Shown: positions 59,978-64,000 of the stretch, piece by piece | Layout: each line of letters opens with the position of its first letter | How positions within the stretch are numbered: the first letter of the stretch is position 1 | Assembly (NCBI GenBank): GCA_963749705.1 | Contig: CAVVNQ010000007.1 | Span: 32,001-96,000, forward strand | Source of the DNA: an uncultured Chloroflexia bacterium | Lineage (GTDB): Bacteria > Chloroflexota > Limnocylindria > Limnocylindrales > CSP1-4 | Length of the DNA stretch: 64,000 nucleotides | Direction: 5' to 3' | Position numbers and translations under genes: made by a program | Notes under the pieces: generated by a model | The model's input: the letters and a program-made list of their open reading frames with translations, nothing else | What the model was told of the DNA's origin: nothing | Database searches by the model: none

Positions 59978-61756
59978 GTGGAGCCCGTCACGCTCGCCCT
60001 GTTCGTCGCCGGGCTCGTCGTGCTCGTCGCCGGGGCCGAGGCGCTGGTCCGGGGCGCGAGCCGCCTGGCGACCGTGCTGGGGGTCCGGCCGCTCGTCGTC
60101 GGGCTGACGGTGGTTGCGTTCGGGACCAGCGCGCCCGAGCTCGCCGTCGGCGTCGGGTCTGCGCTGTCCGGCCAGCCGGACATCGCCCTGGGCAACGTCG
60201 TGGGCAGCAACATCGCGAACATCCTGCTGGTGCTGGGGCTGGCCGCCGTGGTCGTCCCGGTCGCCACGGCGACGCGCATGGTCCGGCGCGAGGTCCCGTT
60301 CATGATCGCCGCCTCGCTGCTGTTGTGGCTGATCGCCCTGTCGGGCCGGATCGAGCGGATCGAGGGCGTGGTGCTGCTCGCCGGGATCGTGGCCTACACC
60401 GTGTACCTGGCCCGGACCAGCCGGGGCGCGAGCGTCGCGGTGCGTGCGGAGTTCGCGGCCGAGTTCGGCGTGGACGCCGGGCATCGGGGCCGGATCGTCG
60501 CCACCAGCGTCGGCCTCGGCGTCGCCGGGCTGGTCGGGCTGGTCGTGGGCGCGGCCTGGATCGTCGACGGCGCGGTCGCCCTGGCCACGACGCTGGGCAT
60601 CCCGGAGGTGATCGTCGGCCTCACGGTGGTGGCCGTGGGCACCTCGCTGCCGGAGATCGCGACATCCGTCGCCGCGGGGCTTCGCGGCCATCGCGACATC
60701 GCGGTCGGGAACGTCGTGGGCAGCTGCATCTTCAACATCCTGATGGTGCTCGGCGCGACGGCGCTGGTGTCACCGGATCCGATCTCCATCTCGCCGTCGC
60801 TCCTCGCCGTCGACCTGCCGCTGATGGTGGCGTCCGCGTTCGCCTGCCTCCCGATCCTGTATACCGGCCGGCTCGTCTCCCGGCGCGAGGGCCTGCTCCT
60901 GGTCGCGTTCTACATCGCCTACCTGGTGTACCTGGTGCTGCTCGCGGTGGGCGACCCGGCAGGCGCCGATGCCGGCCGGATCCTCGTGTTCGGCGCGATC
61001 CCGATCGCGGGCGCGGTGCTGGTCGTCGCCGCTCTGCGCGAGCGGGCGCGCGAGCGCGCGTCGGCAGCGACGATCCCGGGCGGCAGATTAGCCCGCGATG
61101 AGCAACCGGCGGAGCGACCGCGCGAGCCAGGCCTCGTAGGCATCGGCCGACCAGCCCAGGCCGCGCACCAGCTCCACGTACACGTCGGGGAGCGTCAGCG
61201 CATCGAGCGCCCCGATCGCGTCGTCGACCTCGAGACCTGGCCGCAACCCCGGCCCGATGGCCTCGACCAGCACCCGCATGCCCACACGCCGACGCTCGTA
61301 CGGCACGCGCTCTTCGGCGCGCAGGTCGAGGTCGGTCGATCTCGCCTCTCGATTGACCAGCACCACGTCCGCCCCGATCTCCCAGCGGATCCGGATCGAC
61401 CGCGCGAACGTGTCGAGCGCGGCACCGGGGTCGCCCGTGGTCGCGCCAGCCACCGCCGCCCGGAAGCGCTCGTCGGCCTCCGGCAGGGACACGATCGCGT
61501 CGCGCAGCTCCCGCAGGATCCCGGGCTTGGAGCCGAACACGGCATACACCGTCTGCACGGCGACCCCGGCCTCGTCGGCGATCGCCTGGAGCGTGGTCGC
61601 GCCGTAGCCATCGCGGACGAACAGCAGGCGCGCGGCCTCCACGATGCGGCGGCGCGTGACCGCGGCCTGCTCCGCGCGGAGGCTCGGTCTGGGTTTGACA
61701 GTCCCTGGCATGTCGCTATAGTACAGCTCTACTTGGTAGAGTCTAACTCTATCTAG
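59978..61756 (+). CDS. Calcium/sodium antiporter (YrbG/CaCA family); homology ends near 61090 and the ORF then reads through antisense to tetR
   Basis: GTSAPE, GNVVGSNIAN, GTSLPE, GNVVGSCIFN alpha repeats. The likely true stop is TAG 61089-61091 in a shifted frame. Confidence 0.8.
   Translation: MEPVTLALFVAGLVVLVAGAEALVRGASRLATVLGVRPLVVGLTVVAFGTSAPELAVGVGSALSGQPDIALGNVVGSNIANILLVLGLAAVVVPVATATRMVRREVPFMIAASLLLWLIALSGRIERIEGVVLLAGIVAYTVYLARTSRGASVAVRAEFAAEFGVDAGHRGRIVATSVGLGVAGLVGLVVGAAWIVDGAVALATTLGIPEVIVGLTVVAVGTSLPEIATSVAAGLRGHRDIAVGNVVGSCIFNILMVLGATALVSPDPISISPSLLAVDLPLMVASAFACLPILYTGRLVSRREGLLLVAFYIAYLVYLVLLAVGDPAGADAGRILVFGAIPIAGAVLVVAALRERARERASAATIPGGRLARDEQPAERPREPGLVGIGRPAQAAHQLHVHVGERQRIERPDRVVDLETWPQPRPDGLDQHPHAHTPTLVRHALFGAQVEVGRSRLSIDQHHVRPDLPADPDRPRERVERGTGVARGRASHRRPEALVGLRQGHDRVAQLPQDPGLGAEHGIHRLHGDPGLVGDRLERGRAVAIADEQQARGLHDAAARDRGLLRAEARSGFDSPWHVAIVQLYLVESNSI
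61088..61711 (-). CDS. TetR/AcrR family transcriptional regulator
   Basis: TRRRIVEAARLLF..GYGATTLQAIADEAGVAVQTVYAVFGSK HTH; C-terminal GWSADAYEAWL. Confidence 0.9.
   Translation of the reverse strand: MPGTVKPRPSLRAEQAAVTRRRIVEAARLLFVRDGYGATTLQAIADEAGVAVQTVYAVFGSKPGILRELRDAIVSLPEADERFRAAVAGATTGDPGAALDTFARSIRIRWEIGADVVLVNREARSTDLDLRAEERVPYERRRVGMRVLVEAIGPGLRPGLEVDDAIGALDALTLPDVYVELVRGLGWSADAYEAWLARSLRRLLIAG
61717..61751. promoter_or_regulatory. Tandem TetR operators in the divergent promoter
   Basis: TAGAGT-CTA-ACTCTA (61737-61751, perfect) and TATAGT-ACA-GCTCTA (61717-61731), 20 bp apart. Confidence 0.7.
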
Positions 61757-61787
61757 TGGACACCGACCCAGGAAGGGAGTCTGCCAG

Positions 61788-62273
61788 ATGCTCGACGCAC
61801 CCACCAGCCTTGACGTTGCCGGTCGGATGCACCGGCTGATCGAGGAGGGGTTCGCCAACAACGATCGCGCGATCATCGACGAGCTGATCGCCCCGGACTG
61901 TGTCGAGCACCAGCGGGGTCATGCGCAGGGTGTCTTGGGCGTCCACGAGTTCGTGGCCAGGCTCCACGGCTGGCTGTCCGATCTCGAGCTCCGGATCGAG
62001 GACCTGGCCGTCGTGGGCGACCGGGTCTGGCTGCGGATGCGGGTCGCGGGCACCAACACCGGGCCGGTCAACGGCCTCGCACCGACGGGCCAGCGGGTTT
62101 CGGTCGACGTGTTCGACCTGGCGAGGATCGAAGCGGGGCGTGTCGTGGAGCACTGGGGTGTCGCTGACCAGCTGGGAATGCTCCAGCAGCTGGGCTACGC
62201 CCCAGGCCGGTCCACGCCGGGTGGCACCGATGCGCCGGCCGGTCGTTTGCCAGGGGCAGCGGGGGGTGAGTGA
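61788..62273 (+). CDS. SnoaL-like ester cyclase family protein
   Basis: DELIAPD, DLELRIEDL..GDRV, GTNTG..PTGQRV, GRVVEHWGVADQLGMLQQLG motifs. Confidence 0.87.
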   Translation: MLDAPTSLDVAGRMHRLIEEGFANNDRAIIDELIAPDCVEHQRGHAQGVLGVHEFVARLHGWLSDLELRIEDLAVVGDRVWLRMRVAGTNTGPVNGLAPTGQRVSVDVFDLARIEAGRVVEHWGVADQLGMLQQLGYAPGRSTPGGTDAPAGRLPGAAGGE

Positions 62274-62274
62274 G

Positions 62275-63405
62275 ATGGGGTCGACGGTGACCGAGCGACA
62301 CGACGCTGTCGTCATCGGCGGGGGACAGGCGGGCCTCGCGACGTCGCATCACCTGACCGGAAGAGGCGTCGAGCACGTCGTCCTCGATGCCGGCGCCCGG
62401 GTCGGCGACGCCTGGCGCAGCCGCTGGGACTCGCTGCGGTTGTTCACCCCGGCAGGGATCGACGGGCTTCCCGGGATGCCGTTCCCGCTGGCAGCGGCGG
62501 ATCTGCCCACCAAGGATCAGATGGCCGACTACCTCGCCGAATACGCCGCCCGCAACCACGCGCCGATCGAGCATGGCGTGCGGGCCGAGAGCCTCGAGCG
62601 TTCCGGGGACCGGTTCACCATCAGGGCCGGCGACCGACGGTACGAGGCGAGCGAGGTCGTCGTGGCGACCGGGTTCCTGTCGGCGCCGTTCGTGCCGCCG
62701 TTCGGCGCCGGCCTCGATCCGGCCATCCGGCAGGTCCACAGTGCCGCGTACCTGAACCCGGGCTCGGTTCCGGGCGCCTCGGTGCTTGTTGTCGGTGGCG
62801 GCAACTCAGGCGTGGAGATCGCCCTCGAGCTTGCGCGGGCGGGTCGTCGGGTCAGCCTCGCCGGGACGAGCATGTTCCTGCCGCGCATCGCTCGCGTCGG
62901 GGGCGGCCGTCCGTTCTTCGCCTTCGCCCGACGGGTGCTCACGCTCGACACGCCGATCGGGCGCCGCATGGGGGCGCGGATGGGCGACCACGGCTCCGCC
63001 CCGGTGATCCGCGTCCGGCAGGCAGACCTGGACGGCGCCGGGGTCGTCCGCGTGGCGCGCGTTGCGGGGGTCCAGGATGGCCGGCCGGTCCTTGGCGACG
63101 GACGGAGCCTCGCGGTCGACTCGGTGGTCTGGTGCACGGGGTTCCGCCCCGCCTTCGACTGGATCCACCTGCCCGTGCTCGCGCCCGGGGGCCTGCCACG
63201 GCACGAGCGAGGCGTGGTCGCGAGCGAGCCCGGGCTGTCGTTCGTGGGGCTGCCGTTCCAGACCGGCTTCCTGTCGCCGCTGGTCGGCGGCGTCGGTGCC
63301 GACGCCGCAGAGATCGTGGACGGGATCGTCAGGCGCATGGCCGGCCGGAAGGCTCGAGCGTCCGCGCCGGGCGCGGCCACGGTCACTGAGGCGACGGCAG
63401 GCTAG
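62275..63405 (+). CDS. Flavin-containing monooxygenase-like NAD(P)/FAD oxidoreductase
   Basis: GGGQAG, WRSRWDSLRLFTP, ATG, QVHSAAY, VVGGGNSG, WCTGF motifs. Confidence 0.87.
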   Translation: MGSTVTERHDAVVIGGGQAGLATSHHLTGRGVEHVVLDAGARVGDAWRSRWDSLRLFTPAGIDGLPGMPFPLAAADLPTKDQMADYLAEYAARNHAPIEHGVRAESLERSGDRFTIRAGDRRYEASEVVVATGFLSAPFVPPFGAGLDPAIRQVHSAAYLNPGSVPGASVLVVGGGNSGVEIALELARAGRRVSLAGTSMFLPRIARVGGGRPFFAFARRVLTLDTPIGRRMGARMGDHGSAPVIRVRQADLDGAGVVRVARVAGVQDGRPVLGDGRSLAVDSVVWCTGFRPAFDWIHLPVLAPGGLPRHERGVVASEPGLSFVGLPFQTGFLSPLVGGVGADAAEIVDGIVRRMAGRKARASAPGAATVTEATAG

Positions 63406-63498
63406 CTGCCGGGGCGCCCGGCCGGCGGGCGTGGATCGTCGTCGGTCGCGCTTGACCGCGTTCGAGGCCGTCCATTGACGGCCGTCTATGCTGGGTCG

Positions 63499-63960
63499 AT
63501 GAGCGATCCGGCCGACCTGTCGCGCGACGAGTGGGAGTCGCTGCTGCATGCCCCGATCTGCGTGTACCTGACCGTGGTCGCGACCGAGACGGAGGCGACG
63601 GAGGCGCAGTTCCGCTGCCTGCGTGAGGAGATCGCGGCGGCCGGGCAGGCATTTGCGGACGGCACCATCGGATGGACGCTGGCCGAGGCCGTGACCGCCA
63701 ACCTCGACGTGCTGTGGGCGGCGTACCAGAGCTCGGGTCGCCACCCGGGGCAGGACCTCAAGCGCGCCCGCAAGGTGCTGGACAAGGTGCCGGACGACGA
63801 GTCTGCCGCGGTCCGCGACTGGCTGGTCGTGCTGGCCATCCGCGTGGCGAAGGCGGACCGGACGGTCGGCGACCCGCCCGTCTCGCACGAGGAGCTGTCG
63901 GCGATCCGGGACGTCGCCGGCTGGCTCCGGCGGCCGATCCCGCCGCTCGACGAGGCCTGA
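63499..63960 (+). CDS. Hypothetical protein, possibly TerB-like helical fold
   Basis: Coding-like ORF with AIRVAKAD..VSHEELSAIRDVA pattern; TATGCT 6 nt before ATG. Confidence 0.65.
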   Translation: MSDPADLSRDEWESLLHAPICVYLTVVATETEATEAQFRCLREEIAAAGQAFADGTIGWTLAEAVTANLDVLWAAYQSSGRHPGQDLKRARKVLDKVPDDESAAVRDWLVVLAIRVAKADRTVGDPPVSHEELSAIRDVAGWLRRPIPPLDEA

Positions 63961-64000
63961 CGAGCCGGCTCACGGCCGCTCGTGCCGATCATCCGTGGAC

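Overview
A very GC-rich, gene-dense bacterial chromosome segment with about 60 CDS; a Chloroflexota- or Actinomycetota-like origin is inferred, not shown. I saw no rRNA, tRNA, CRISPR array, integrase or transposase. The blocks in order are: (1) AraC plus Gfo/Idh/MocA, URO-D-family and NagA genes; (2) a DUF2975/XRE pair; (3) a phosphotriesterase-FAD oxidoreductase-Eda-SDR operon; (4) hypFCDE with no hydrogenase genes in the window; (5) a reductive pyrimidine-catabolism region (NCS1, ureidopropionase, dihydropyrimidinase, a stand-alone PreA-like gene, MmsA and a PreT-PreA fusion), interrupted by a direct-repeat-bounded 1.7 kb cassette encoding a lysyl-oxidase-family protein and a small secreted protein; (6) a ~19 kb GntR-controlled amino-sugar/sugar-acid catabolic region (LarA-like, SDR, cupins, NagB, DegT aminotransferase, ceramidase-like, SIS, ABC importer, NagA, KdgK, LamG/propeller protein) with three related operator-like boxes; (7) a hexaheme cytochrome-4Fe4S-NrfD-pentaheme cytochrome operon with an atypical Cys-rich response regulator and no catalytic subunit; (8) MarR-ClC, a Ca/Na antiporter and TetR-SnoaL-FMO genes. 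Two apparent frameshifts both fall in GAG(CG)n runs. Product calls come from motif recognition in the translations; no database search was run.
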